Part shown: positions 26,513-40,058 of the stretch, piece after piece
How positions within the stretch are numbered: position 1 is the first letter of the stretch
Layout of the letters: the number at the start of each line of letters is the position of its first letter
NCBI RefSeq assembly: GCF_009914755.1
Contig: NC_060925.1
Reading direction: 5' to 3' (one strand)
Length of the DNA: 64,000 nt
Origin: the human T2T-CHM13v2.0 reference genome, Homo sapiens
Notes under the pieces: model-generated
The model's input: only the letters and a program-made list of their open reading frames with translations
The model's database searches: none
What the model was told of the DNA's origin: nothing
Translations under genes and position numbers: made by a program

Positions 26513-29500
26513 TTGAATATTTGGCAAAATTTCCAATGAAATTATCTAGGCCTAGAAATATTTTTTGGCAGCTTTAGAATTAATTATTTAGCTACAGGCC
26601 TATTCAAGTTATCCATCTCATCTTGAGTGAGTTATGGTAGTTTATGTTTTTCAAGAAATTGGTCCATTTTATCTAAATTGTCAAATGTTTATGAATAATA
26701 TTCACAGTACTGTTCACAGTGTTTTTATTTTTCTTTTGATGTCTGCGGAGTCTACAGTGACATTCCCTCTCTTGTTCCTGATATTAGTACTCTGTCTTGG
26801 CTTCCTTTCTTTATCAGTTTTGTTAGTGGTCTGTCAATTTTATTGATATTTTCCAAAAAAGTCTTTTCTTCCATGGATTTTCTGTATTCTTTTTTTCTTT
26901 TTGACTTTATTAATTTCTGTTCTTTATTATGTTCTTCCTTCTTGCTTTGGGTTCATTTTGCATATTCTCCCCTGGGTTGTTGAAGAAAGAACTTAGATTA
27001 CTGATCTAAAACGTTCCCTCTTTTCTAATGTGTACATTTAGTGATATAAATCTTCCTCTCATCACAGCTTTATCTGTGACCCACAAATTTTTATATGCTG
27101 TATTTTCATTTCTGTTTAGTTTAATGTTTTCAATTTTTTTTCCTTGAGATTTCCCTTTTGACCTATGAATTATTAGTAGTATATTGTTTGGCTTCCAATG
27201 TTTGGATATTTTTCTGTTGTCTTTCTGTTAATGATTTACAGCTTGAGTCTATTATGGTTGGAAAACACACTGTATGGTTTCAATTGTTTTAAATTTGTTG
27301 AAGTTTGTTTTATGACCCAGGATATGGTGTATCTTGTTATCTGTGGACATTTTAAAAGAATGTGTATTGTGCTGTTGTTGGATGGAGTGTTCTATCAATA
27401 ATTAGATTCTATTGTTTGATAATATTATTGTGTTCTTCTATATTCTTGTTGATTTTCTGTCTAGTTGTCCTATCAATTATTAACAGAAGGGTGTTGAAGG
27501 TCCAGCCATAATTATCAATTTGTCTATTTTCCATTTCAGTTACATTAGCTTTTCCTTCACATATCTTTATAGTTCTCTTATTTTGTGCCTATGTATTTAT
27601 GATTTGTTATGTCTCCTTAGTGTATTGACTCTTTTATCATTATATAATGTCCATTATCAGCTCTGGTAATTTTATTTGCTCTGAATCTACTCTATATGAT
27701 ATTAATATAACCACTCCTGCTTTGCTTTAATGTTTGCATAATATATCATTTTCTATTTCTTTTCCCTTCAACCTGCCTATATTGTCATATTTGAAATGAG
27801 TTTCTTGTAGACATCACATAGTTAGATCATACTTTTTAATCCACTCTGCCAGTTTTCTCTTTTAATTGGTAAATTTAGACCATTTACATTTAATATAATT
27901 ATTGATATGTCAGGGCCTAGGTCTGCGATTTTATTTTTTGTTTAGTGCTGTTCTATTTTTTGTTCTTTTTCTTTTTTCCACCTTCCAATTGGCTACTTGA
28001 ATATTTTTAGAATTATATTTTTATTTTTATGTTGTTTTTGTTTATTTATGTGTCACTCTTTGTATAGGTTTTTAAATTGTCACTCTAGGTATTACATTGT
28101 GTATACATATCTCACCATATTCTACTGGTGTCATCATTTCATCAGTTTAAGTGAAATATAGGAGCCTTACTTCCCTTTATGGCCCTTGACCCTCTCTCAT
28201 TTGTAATATACATTGTCTTAGATATTTCTTCTATATACATTGAAAGCCACATCAGACACTGTTATAATTTTTTGCTTCAACTGTCAAATGTAATTTTAGA
28301 AACTCAAGAAGAGAAGAAAAATCTATTGAACTTGCCCATTTTTTTGTACTACATTCTTGCTTCCTTCTGGATGTTCCAAATTTCCTTCTTTTATCAGTCC
28401 CTTTCCGTTTAGAGAACCTCCTTGAGCAATTATTTTAAGACATTTCTGCTGGTGACATATTGTCATAGTTTTCTTCATCTGAATATTTCTTAATTTCTCT
28501 TGAATTCCTAAAAATCAGTTTCACTGTCTATTCTGGGTTGGCAGTTCTTTTCCTTCAGCACTTGAAAAATGCTATCCCACTTTCTTCTGGCCTCCCTTGT
28601 TTCTGCTGAGAAACCTGTAGTCATTTGAATTTTTTTCTCTTACAAATAAGGTATCATTTCTCTTCAATGTCTTCAATATTTTTCTTTTAGTTTTTAGAAC
28701 TTTGACTATGATGTCTTAGTGTGAAATTCTCTGGGTTTATTTTGTTTGGGGTTTGCGCAACTTCTTGAGTCTGATGTTTTTTGTTTCTGCCAAATTTGGG
28801 GAGTTTTCAACCATTATTTCTTTTAGTACTTTTTCACTCTCACTTTCTCTCACCTCTCCTTCCAATATTCCTGCAACATGAATATTATAGTTGCACAGGT
28901 CCCTGAGGCTCTGCTTATTTATTTGTAATCTGCTTTCTCTCTGTTGTTCAGATTGGGTAATTTTTGTTATCATCTTTCAGGTCACTGATTTCTTCCTTTT
29001 TCTCCACTTCATTCTGTTGTTGAGCCCATTAGTAAGTTTTAATTTTAGTTATTCTGTGTTTTAGTACAATTTGGTTCTACTTTATATCTTCCATTTCTTA
29101 GTTGAGAATTTCTATTTTCCACTTGCTTGAAGTGCATACATGATCACTCTTTGGAGCATTTTTTAGGATGGCTGCTTTAACATTTTTGTCAGATGATTCT
29201 AACCTCTCTTGTCATTTCAGTATTAGCATGTATTGATTGTCGTTTTTTATTCAGTTTGAACTTTTCCTGGTTTGGAGTATGACAAGTAATTTTCTCTTGA
29301 AACATTTTGGGTATTGTACTATGAATCTTATTTAAATCTCTTTTAACTGGCTTCTTCTGACACTTAGCTGCCAGGAAAAAGGGGTTGGGGCCACCTTGTT
29401 ACTGCCAGGAGGGGATAGAAGTTCAGGTTCCCAATCCAGCCTCCATGAGGGTGTGTCCCTCATTACTACTGAAAGATTGGGAGTCCTGGCTCCCCACTAG

Positions 29501-30314
29501 GTCTCCACTCATACCTTCCTGGCTCAGAAGGGTAGGGGTGCCTTGTTACTGTCCCCCAAGTGACCTCCACTGACACCAAAGAGGAAGTGGTGGCCTTCTT
29601 ACTTCTGGGCAGTGGTGAAAGTCCTGTATCTCCACTAGGCTTCGTCTGAACCACTTCAATGGGAAAGGGGAAAGGCATCTAGTTAGTGCCAGGTGGCGGT
29701 GGATGTACAGGTTATCCAGCTGGTTTCCATTCACACTGCAGGGGGTCAAGGGCTTGTTACCATCTGTCATGATGAAAGTCCCAGCTCCCTACTTGGCTTT
29801 CTCTGACACTTCCCCCACAAGGGTGTTGTGGTCTTCATTATAGACAGTAAAGGATAAAAGACTAGGCTCCCTACTTAGCTTTTGCTGGCATGGGTGTGGG
29901 TGACCCACAGCTTTTTTGTGGTGTTTGGCTAGAGTAGAGCAGTTATTGTCTAAACGTTTTTTGTCATGCTAGCCAGCCTCTTTCCTGGTCCTTTGCCTAG
30001 AGAGTAAGTTTTTGTTTGGGCTTTTTGTTTGTTTGTGGCTTTTTTTTTTTTTTTTCATCAGTGCCATTTTCTGAGTTGCTGGCTTCTTCAGCTCCAAGTC
30101 TGGGATATATAGGCAAAAATTTAAAATTTACAGAAACAATAAGAAACTCACCATTGGTGAGGTCCTAAGGTCCTCATCCAGCCTGCTTCTTTCTCTCTAC
30201 CTTTAGGAGTGTTCTTACATTTGTTTTATGTATAACATCCAGGGTTATTAGTTGTACTTAGTGGCAGGAATAGGGAAAAGTACTTTTATTCCATCTGCCC
30301 AGAATGTAAGTCCT

Positions 30315-30870
30315 CAAGTTATCTTTTCAATATATAAAACAAATCACATTACTTCCCTGCTTAAAATGCTCCAGTGGGTTCCCATCAAACCTAAAAATCA
30401 CATCCCTTCCTCTGATCTGCACGTTCATGAACTGCCCTGTACTCACCTCTCCGGCCTCATCTCTTACTTCACTTTCTCTCGCCCACTCAACTCTAGCCAC
30501 GGCGACCTTCCTTGTCTTTCTCAATATCCACACTTGTTCTACATTAGGACCTTCACACTAGTGCCCCTGCTGCCTGGAGTGATTTCTTCCATATTTTCAG
30601 ATTGCATTGTAAATATGGCCACTGCAAATACACCTTCCTGAAAACCCTATCCCTATCATATTCCACGTAAACTTGTTTTTCTGGGTAGCTCTTATTTCTA
30701 TACATTGCACACTAATTTGCTTGCTTACTTCCTCATTAGAATATCAACTCCATAGAAACAGGGGTTTTGTCTGTCTTGTTAACTTCTGTATCCCATCCTC
30801 AGACCCTAGAGCAGTACCAGTGTGCTGTAAGCCTCGCACAAATAATTGTTAAAAGCAATGAATGAACAAA
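30315..30870 (+). mobile_element. L2 3' region
   Basis: CCCTGCTTAAAATGCTCCAGTGGGTTCCCAT...CTCCGGCCTCATCTC...AATAATTGTTAAAAGCAATGAATGAA. Confidence 0.8.
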
Positions 30871-31829
30871 TCTGCCCGTGTCAAGCACTTATGTTCTGCC
30901 TATGCCTAGAAAAGACAGATCAGAACCAGTAAAGAGAGGAGATGCAGAAGAGCCAATAACCAGGGTTGTGACCCAATTTTCCCTCAAGTCTAGTGGTCAG
31001 GTAAAAAAAATGATCTATTAGTAATATAAGTTAAAATAGATAAAACATGTTTAAAGCTTGTAAATTAAAAAAAAAATCCTCTGCAGAATTACATTTGGGC
31101 CAAATAATAGCAAATGCGGAAATCAATGAAAACAAAAACACTATACGTAAAAACCTCTGTTTTACAGCAAAGTCAGACTCAGAAATTAATTGTTCATTTT
31201 TTAGTCTCATATAATTTCATTTATCTGATTACAAAATAATACGCTCTCATTGTTTGCAGAAAACAGAGAAGCACAAACAAAATAAAAACTGTGAATAAGC
31301 ACTGGTAAGACTTTGGTCTATTTTCTTCCTATCTTTTTTTCTCTATGGAGACATAGATATATATTCACAGAAATATGGATTTTTTTTTACCTAATTTGTA
31401 TTTGTAATTCAGAGAAAGAATGAGATGAGAATCTGGTATCTTATCTACTTGGGAAACCATTAAGACAACCATTGAGAATAAATTGTGTCCTCGTGTTGGG
31501 TGCTAAGAATAGGTAAAAAATGGACGAAGCAAAGATTGTTAAAGAATCAGAGGGTCTGCATGATTTGAGTAATTAATGAGAGAAATAATAAATTGTCATC
31601 CACTTCAGCCTCTTAGTTACTTTAAATTATTCAATTATTTAAAAATCAAGTAAATGAAGTGAGCATTAAGTTTAAAAACATAAGAAAATATCTTAAGACA
31701 TGCCTGATAGCATTAAACAGGAACTCTAGCCCAAGGGTAAGATAAGAGTTATATAAAAATAGAAAGGTATCCTCATGGAAGTACGTGGTAGGGAAGCATA
31801 GTCAGACCTCATGGAAACCAGAGGGATAA

Positions 31830-32388
<559 letters not shown>

Positions 32389-32539
32389 GTCTTTGGGGTT
32401 CTTAATTGCACTTCGAGTGAGTAAGACTCTAATAATGAATCCTACCTTTTGGAAGACCTTTGCCTGCGTCAGCCAATTATCTCTGACTAGGAAAGGGGCC
32501 AGAGTTACATGGACAAGGGACACTATTGGCAAGGATAAC

Positions 32540-33180
32540 AGCAATAGAAACCCTAAGTAACTAAGAAAGAAAAATATAAGTGACAAAATAAGAAAACCTA
32601 AACCAGTAAAGCCAATCAAAAACAAATTCAAATTAACAAAATTAAAATCAGAAAGCTAATATAACAACTGACATAAAATAATTTTAAAAATTATAAAAGA
32701 GTATTATCCAGAATTGTCAGATAATTTGAAACCTCAATAAGGTAGAAAAAAAATGTCCTTAAAGACATGGCATTCTAAACCTGATGCAAGAAAAAAATGG
32801 AAAACAGTGTTAGATTTAACCTGAAGATTATTTACAAAGGCCATAAAAATGTGCTGCTAATTATTCCTCATACGAATGATTTTTGTGTGCTATAAGCTAT
32901 TCCAAAGCAAGAAAAATTTTTAGGGTGACTATATTAGTCTATGAGGTCAGTATGATACAGAGTCTGAAATCTGATAAAGATATAGCCACAAAGCAAAATC
33001 TATGCCAACGTAATATTTGAATACAAATAGAAAATATTGAAATAAAATATCAATAAGTAAAATCAGCCTTACATTAAAGGAATAATGTACCAGGAACATA
33101 TATGATTTATTCCTGCAAAATAAAGGTGGTTTATAGTGAAGAAATCTATTCACATCAGCCATACTTGGTAATAACATATG
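32540..33180 (+). mobile_element. Very old L1 ORF2 remnant
   Basis: A-rich; AAAATATTGAAATAAAATATCAATAAGTAAAATCAGC and ATTTATTCCTGCAAAATAAAGGTGGTTT resemble the RT-start region. Confidence 0.5.
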
Positions 33181-33672
33181 CTGTTCTAAAAGCTCTTAAC
33201 AGTTATTAATATTGCCTGTTCTACTTATTTATGCACACATTACTTGTAAACACAATTAACTATCATATTCCTACCAGATAAAACACTTAATGAGTTCGGA
33301 AAAAAATTTTGAGTCATGCAGTGTTGTCTGTGACTAAATATTCGTTTCCAAGGATACAAGTAGATCTGTCAAATGTCTGCTCATGTAACAGTCACAGAAT
33401 CATATACAAGAAATCCTTTTCAGTTCAAAATAGGTAAGTTATTTAACATTACACATTGTAGAAATGCTAAGATTAATTTTCAAATATTAAGCAAATAAAT
33501 ACTCAAATGCATTAAATTATTTTAACTAATACTTGTTGCTAGCCATCTATTATTGTCAGTTTAGAAGTTAATAGAAGTAGTTTTCACTTCATCACTTGGT
33601 TCTTGTCCATTCACTGGCTGGAGTACTCACATAACCTCCAGGCCCAGATAAACCTTGTCTAAATTTTCCTGC

Positions 33673-34294
33673 TGGGATGGTCAATTTGATGTGTCAACTT
33701 GACTGAACTAACGGATATCCAGATAGCTGGTAAAACATTATTTCTGGGTGTGTCTGTGAGGCTGTTTCTGGAAGATATTCACATTTGAATAAAGAAGATC
33801 ACCCTCATCAATGTGGTGGGCATCATCCAATCCACTGAGAGCCCAAATAGAGCAAAAAGGCAGAGGAAGGGAAAATGTGCTCTCTGCTTGAGCTCTGTTA
33901 TCCACCTTCTCCTCCTTTGTTCTCGCTAGTTCTCAGGCCTTTGAGCTTGGACTGGAACAATACCACTGGCCTTCCAGACTGCAAATAGCAGATTGTGGTA
34001 TTTACTGGCCTCCAAAATTACATAAGCCAATTCTTATGTTAAATGGGCCTGTTGTGGGGTGGGGGGAGGGGGGAGGGATAGCATTAGGAGATATACCTAA
34101 TGTAAATGACGAGTTAATGGGTGCAGCACACCAACAGGGCACATGTATACATATGTAACAAACCTGCAGGTTGTGCACATGTACCATAGAACTTAAAGTA
34201 TAATAAAAATATATATATATAAAAAATAAAAATAAAATAAATCTCCTCTTATATACCCTATTTGTTCTCTTTCTATGGAGAACTCTAAGATACC
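33673..34294 (+). mobile_element. MLT2B-type ERVL LTR
   Basis: GATGGTCAATTTGATGTGTCAACTTGACTG...CCAGATAGCTGGTAAAACATTATTTCTGGGTGTGTCTGTGAGG. Confidence 0.85.
34045..34242 (+). mobile_element. 5'-truncated primate L1PA (about L1PA3-5) 3' end inside the MLT2 LTR
   Basis: GGGGAGGGATAGCATTAGGAGATATACCTAATGTAAATGACGAGTTAATGGGTGCAGCACACC...AGAACTTAAAGTATAATAAA plus A-rich tail. Confidence 0.93.
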
Positions 34295-34769
34295 TACCAT
34301 TTACCTTATGTGTAGAGATTACAGGCAGAGCAGGAAAAGGACAACAGGAACAAAAATCCAAAGGAAATCAAAAGAAATGATTAGATAATGCACACATCAT
34401 TTCAATAGTTAAGCAAGAAACAACATAATCATTTCAATGGGTGACACAAAGTATTTAATACAATCTAACATCTATTCCTTATGTCAAGAATTTTTAAAAA
34501 GGGACAGAAATGTCCACTTTTGTATAAAAAATAATACCCATTGTACACAAAAACCCAATTAATGACAATTATAAAAACGTATCAACTTTAAAATAAGCAA
34601 CAGAACAAATATGCCAGATAAGCTTTTAATAATTTATTATTGTGGGAATTTTAGATAAAGCAATAAGACACGAAATTTAATTACTTCAAAGGATTGATTC
34701 TCAGACTTTGGCAATGACCCAGTGTATCGGAGAGGAATAAAAATAAGGATGATGACAATGACAATGACA

Positions 34770-34950
34770 CATGTAGGACTTAACTTATTTAATTCTCATG
34801 ACAAATCTATGGTTTAGGAATTACTATCATCCCCATTTTATAGCTGAGGAAACTGGCACACAGAGGGTAAGTAACTTCCGAAATATAGCTAGATAGAGGT
34901 GAAGCCGGAATTCCAAGCCAGGAAGTCTATGTCCAAAAACCATGCTCTCT
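34770..34950 (-). mobile_element. MIR
   Basis: ATCATCCCCATTTTATAGCTGAGGAAACTGGCACAGAGGGTAAGTAACTT. Confidence 0.8.
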
Positions 34951-36174
34951 ACCAATCCTGTAGTATGTTAGGTACTGAGCTAAGCACCACATACCTTTAT
35001 AATCCCCTTAACAACTCAGAGAAGTAGATAATTATTCTCTCCATTGTGAACTCTGCCAACTGCAGAGTAAAATATAATACATAAATTCAATAGGCTTTTA
35101 TGGAACTCTTAAAATTATAATTACAAAGGTGTAACTACATGGAAAGAATTCAGCAATAAAATTTGAAATAAAAAGGTATGTTTGGTATAATTACAAATAA
35201 GGAAAAATATATTCATTTGAACAAAAACTAAAAGGGATTCTGCTAAAATGAAGATAGTTGTTGAGGCAGGGTGATGAGAGTATGGGTACTTTTGTCTTTA
35301 CCAAATGCCCAAAGTGAACATTTAATAAATAATCTGAGTTTGCAAAAATGATATATAAATGATGAATAATGGAAAATACTGCAAGGATTTGTGTTGAAAC
35401 AATTCTTAAAGCATTAAACCAGAGTAAGAAGATTTTTAGGTATAAATCAGTATATACTTAAGGTGGATGTTGGAGAGGATGGGAAGAGAGACAGAAATAA
35501 TTACCTATGCAAGCAACTGCATCCTCTGCCACTCTGGGGGCTTCTTGCCTTTGCTCAAAGCAATCTCATTAAATCATGGTGTCCAACTCCCTAACCTAAG
35601 GCAAGACTGCACCTGAAGCAAACCAGATGGATTGGGAGCTCTCTGGCCTCCAGCATTCAGAGTCCCCTTCTTTCCTGGCAGCCAAGCTGTTGACCACCAG
35701 TCTTTATACTGAATTGCTTCATACACATGTTAAACCTAGGTGAATCCAATTATATCCAAGAGACAAGAAGAAAAAGTTGAAGGAGAGTGGAAAGAAATAA
35801 GCATGTCTTAAAACATATTTTTAATAGAATAAGGTCCTTAATGGCAATCCTTAACAAGAGCATGACCAAAGAAACAGACATCTTTCAAAGCTAGAGAAAA
35901 TGCTGGCTGCACTGGATTTATTGAGAGTCCATAAGAATATTTTTAATATTAACGGTTCTTACCTTATGCGCCCTAACTATAGAAACAAACCCCAATTTAA
36001 GATGCAATTCCACTGCATAGTCAAAAGTGAAGTAGAGATGGGGGTGGATGATCCAGTTTGTAATCCATCTGGTCAAAAAAAAGAAAAAAAAAAACAAGGC
36101 ATATGCCCAAAATGATGTCATCCTTTCTGCACATATAAAGCCTGGGTAATTGCTCTCTTGATGCTTCGTAGAAT

Positions 36175-36500
36175 GCAGTTACATTAATTAGGGTAAAACT
36201 GCTCAACTGCCGTAACAAAAATACCCCGCAACAGAGTGGCTTACATAAAGTAGAAGTTTATTTCCCACTGGTGTAACAATCCAGACAGCCTAGATGATGG
36301 GCAGCTTCGCTTCATGAAGTCAGTCAGAAACCTCAGTTTCAGGAAGGGTAAAATAGAGCCACATCCAGGAAAGTTGGCTTGTCTTCTGTTGGAAATGACC
36401 CTGAAGTTATACATATCACTTCTGCTCACATTTTATTGCCCTATGCCTAGTCATGTGATCACAACTACCTGCAACTTGGCAAACTGAGTTTTCATTTAAG
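36175..36500 (-). mobile_element. Old MaLR LTR (MLT1K/L-like)
   Basis: CAGAGTGGCTTACATAAAGTAGAAGTTTATTTC...CACTTCTGCTCACATTTTATTG...CTAGTCATGTG. Confidence 0.6.
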
Positions 36501-37089
36501 CAACTTTCTAAGCAGAGATGGGATATTTTTCAGGCCCATAAAACTGACATTGCCAGGAAAGTGGCCACTGAAGCCTCCTCATTCATGCACAGCCCTACTC
36601 CTATCTCCAAGCTTCATAAATAGATCAAAGATTACAGTGGCCTCTAGGCTTGAGACCTTTGGGCTAATCCAGCCATCCTAAAGGGACTTATACAGCAGTC
36701 TAGTAGTCACCTGTGTGCATGTATAAGCACACAGACACACACACAGGCATACTCGGGAACGTGCTGGTAGCAACTCATCACAGTTTCCTTGCAGACGCCC
36801 TCTGACGGTTGCCTCTGATAGGACAGGGGGCAAGCCAGAAGATTATCATCAGCAGATGGAGGAAGAAATGTTTGCAGAGGAATTGGAACTGGGGAAGAAT
36901 TGCCCAATTCTCTGCAGTCACTAAATGCAGAATACAGGTATCTCTGGCATTGAGGAGGTGGGATTCACTATGGACATAGGGTATTGACAGGAGGGAGGAA
37001 AAGAACTATGGTTGTGTGCTATGAAGGGAAGGATTGGCTGGAACTCTCTTTACAACTATTTTCTGAGGAAATTGCCATAGAAGAAGCAG

Positions 37090-37380
37090 AAACTTTGAGA
37101 TCACATGGACTTGCGTTACAAACCCTTGCTCCATGACATACTAGCTTTGGAGTCTTGGAAAAATCACTTAGCCTCACTTGATTTCTTCATCAATAAAAAT
37201 GAGATGACCATGCCTAGCTGCACAGTTCAACTGATCCCTTGCATGGAGCCTAGAATCAAAAACACGTCTCAATAATAAGTATTTATGATTGTTGATATTA
37301 TTATTATTACCTCCTTGGGTTTCTGTGAGGCTCAAATGAGATACCATGTGAAGGCACCTCGGGCAGTGCCTAACATAAGA
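37090..37380 (+). mobile_element. MIR fragments
   Basis: TTTCTTCATCAATAAAAATGAGATGA; TCTGTGAGGCTCAAATGAGATACCATGTGAAGGCAC...AGTGCCTAACATA. Confidence 0.6.
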
Positions 37381-37555
37381 ATGTGATTTTCTTTTGTTGG
37401 AGCTTCTAAGGGATCTCCTAGATGTTCTAATATTAAAACCTGTATTAGGAGATTTCCTCTTTACTAGGACCTTCAGGGTGGCCTGAGGGGTCAGCACTTG
37501 GGATTGATTGAACAGGGAGGAAAAGAGAAGGGGCTAAACCTTTGTTAAATGCCCA

Positions 37556-37584
37556 TGCCATGGTCTGAATGTTTATATTTCTCC

Positions 37585-37620
<36 letters not shown>

Positions 37621-37924
37621 AAATCCTAACCCCCAAGATGATGATGTTATTAGGAGATGGGGCCTTTGGAAGGTGATTAGGTCTCATAGATGGGACTAGT
37701 GTCCTTATAAATGAGGCCCCAGTGAGCTTCCTTATTCCTTCCCATGTAAGGAGGGCACAGCACTATCTATGAGAAAGTGAATCCTCACCAGACACAGAGG
37801 CACCTTGCTGCTGGCACCTTGATCTTGGACTTCCCAGCCTCTAGTATTATGAGAAATACATTTCTGTTTATTATAAGCCACTCAGTTTATGGTATTGTTA
37901 GTGCAGCCCAAACAGACTAAGACA
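37556..37924 (+). mobile_element. MLT1A-type MaLR solo LTR with internal (AT)16 microsatellite (37587-37618)
   Basis: TGCCATGGTCTGAATGT...TGGGGCCTTTGGAAGGTGATTAGG...CAGACTAAGACA; near-TSD GCCCA/GCCAA. Confidence 0.85.
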
Positions 37925-38014
37925 GCCAACTTGTCAGTCATGGTACTGGGCATGTGGGCACACCAGAGACCAGCTTTGCCTTCTGAATTTTTGCTCTGAG
38001 TTGGCCTTGCTTCT

Positions 38015-38460
38015 TGCATGTTTCCTCTTGCTGCTGTAACAAATTACCACAAACTTGAAACAACATACATTTAATATCTTACACTTCTGGAGATCAAGAT
38101 CACAAAGTGGGTTAACAGGCTGCATTCATTCTAAAACCTCTAAGGGGACAATCTATTTCCTTACCTTTTCCAGCTTCTGGAGAGCCTCCTGCATCCCTTG
38201 GCTCGTGTGCCACTTTTCATTTCACTCTGATCTCTGCTGCCTTCATCACATTGACTTCTCTGACTCTGACCCCTCTGCCTCTCTCTTATAAGGACCTTGT
38301 GATTACATTGGGCCCAGGGTAATCCAGGATAATGTTCCCATCTCAAGATCCTTAATTTAATCACATCTACAAAGTCCCTTTGCCATGGAATTTAATGTAT
38401 TCCTAGGTTCCAGAGATTAGGAGTGGATATCTTTGGGAAGGCCATTATTCTTTCTATTGT
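38015..38460 (-). mobile_element. MLT1B/C-type LTR
   Basis: GCTGCTGTAACAAATTACCACAAACTT...AAGGACCTTGTGATTACATTGGGCCC...AATCACATCTACAAAGTCCCTTTGCCAT. Confidence 0.85.
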
Positions 38461-38599
38461 ACTTATTCACATAGTATTTGCACACAAAGATCCAAAAAAT
38501 CTCAGGAGTGACTGAGATGGATGAGGGCCAAGAACAATATTTGTGTCCTCTAAGATATCTTTACAACATATATAGCATGAGTAAATTTCAGGTGACCTT

Positions 38600-39140
38600 C
38601 GAGACCAATTTGGCAACAGCTAGTAGGATGTGAAAGTGCACACACACTACAACTCAACATTCACTTCTAGGTGAATGCAATAGAAGCTTGTGTACATGTG
38701 CTCTAGGACACAGGCTCATGAATCTCCACAGAGGCATCTTTTTACTTGTGGAAAAATTGGGCTGAGCTTCACCACGAGGATGGATATCTAAATTCACATA
38801 AGGAAACATCACATAGACCAGAAGAACCCAAAGCTACCTAAAGCAGTCTGGTGGATTCTAAGACACATTACAAAGAAAACAAGTCATGAGAATACATACC
38901 ACATGATATCATTTATATAAGTGTATATAAAAGATTCAAAGAAATATAGTATTTAGGAATATATGAAGAGAAGATACTATACAAAAAATAAGCATGAGAA
39001 GATAAGCACCAAATTTAGGAAACTGTTTTCTCTTGAGGAGGGAAAGGAAAGTGCTATTAGGAAAAGGGATGTATTTCTTAAGCAGGATGGTGAGCACTTA
39101 TTCTGTAGGTCTGAAATAGTTCATACTAAAATTTTTAAAT
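38600..39140 (+). mobile_element. L1ME-type 3' fragment
   Basis: AAGTCATGAGAATACATACCACATGATATCATTTATATAAG...GTATTTCTTAAGCAGGATGGTG. Confidence 0.55.
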
Positions 39141-39384
39141 TGTGATCTTGAAATTTTTGGGCAAAATTGTAAATGCTTTCATCCAAGTATCTTTAAGACT
39201 TGAGAAGATGGGATTTTTCATGGGGATTCCTGGAGTGGAGGACACTATTTCTGAAAAGTGTCTACCAAGGAGGCAGAAACAGTGACTATGTCAAGAACGG
39301 TGATTCCTGGGAGGGGCCTGCAGGCCTTAGGTGAGGCTCTGAGGAGGGAACTTGGGAATGAGAAGGTGTCCTGTTTTAGGAACT

Positions 39385-40058
39385 GTCAGTCAGGATTCTT
39401 TCAACTGCAAATCGTAGGAAAACCAACTGCATATTAAAACAAATAAAATAAACACATTGGCTCATATGATTGAAAAGTCCAGATACAGTTTTGGTGTTAG
39501 AGCATGGTTTTTTAACCTCATTGCTACTGACATTTTGGGCTGGATGATTCTTTGTTTTGGGAGCTGTCCTGTGTACTGTAGGATATTTGGCAGCATCCCT
39601 GATCTCTACCCACTAGATGTCAGTAGCACCTCCCCCACCTCCCAAGTTATGACAATCAAAAATGCCTCCAGATATTGTTAAATGTCCCCTTGGGGAGAAG
39701 GAGCAAAATCCCCCCCAGTTGAAAACTAGCTTTAGGAGACCTGACCTGGTGACTCAATTGATGTCACCAGGACCTGATTTCTCATGATCAAGGCACAGAT
39801 AAGCCAAGACCACAGAAGGCTGTGGTCTTGGCTCATCTTCAGGGTACACATGGTGGACCCTGGTAGCTCCACACTCTCCCCTTGTGTCAGTAAAATGGCC
39901 ATCAAAATTGCAGACCTCACAGTCTCCCCTAGACCTGACTGCCTAGGGGAAGAGAAGTGGTCTTTTTTTGGTCATTCCCACAGAACAGAGACTGCATCTT
40001 CCCACGCAAAATCCTCAGCATGTTTCCTCGCCTCTCTCTGTGCTGATTGTTTGGGTGC
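39385..40058 (-). mobile_element. Old MLT1-type LTR, host of the MER20 and MST insertions (resumes at about 42641-42870)
   Basis: TGTCAGTCAGGATTCTTTCAACTGCAAAT...AAACCAACT; continues after the provirus with CCCATGGCTGAGTCAATCCCTGTGGTTAGAGG...TGCTGATTGGCC. Confidence 0.55.
39503..39731. mobile_element. MER20 (hAT-Charlie) DNA transposon
   Basis: CTACTGACATTTTGGGCTGGATGATTCTTTGTT...GATCTCTACCCACTAGATGTCAGTAGCACC...AATGCCTCCAGATATTG. Confidence 0.9.

Larger units (their letters stand above)
25861..30305 (-). mobile_element. Old L1M element, antisense (5'UTR, ORF1, ORF2 up to the RT start)
   Basis: 25861-25940 is the reverse complement of the RPISLMNID...ILANRIQQ region; ORF 28737-28973 gives ORF1-like QSLRDLCNY...KEIMVENSPNLAE; repeat-containing 5'UTR at 29380-30300. 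Confidence 0.85.
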
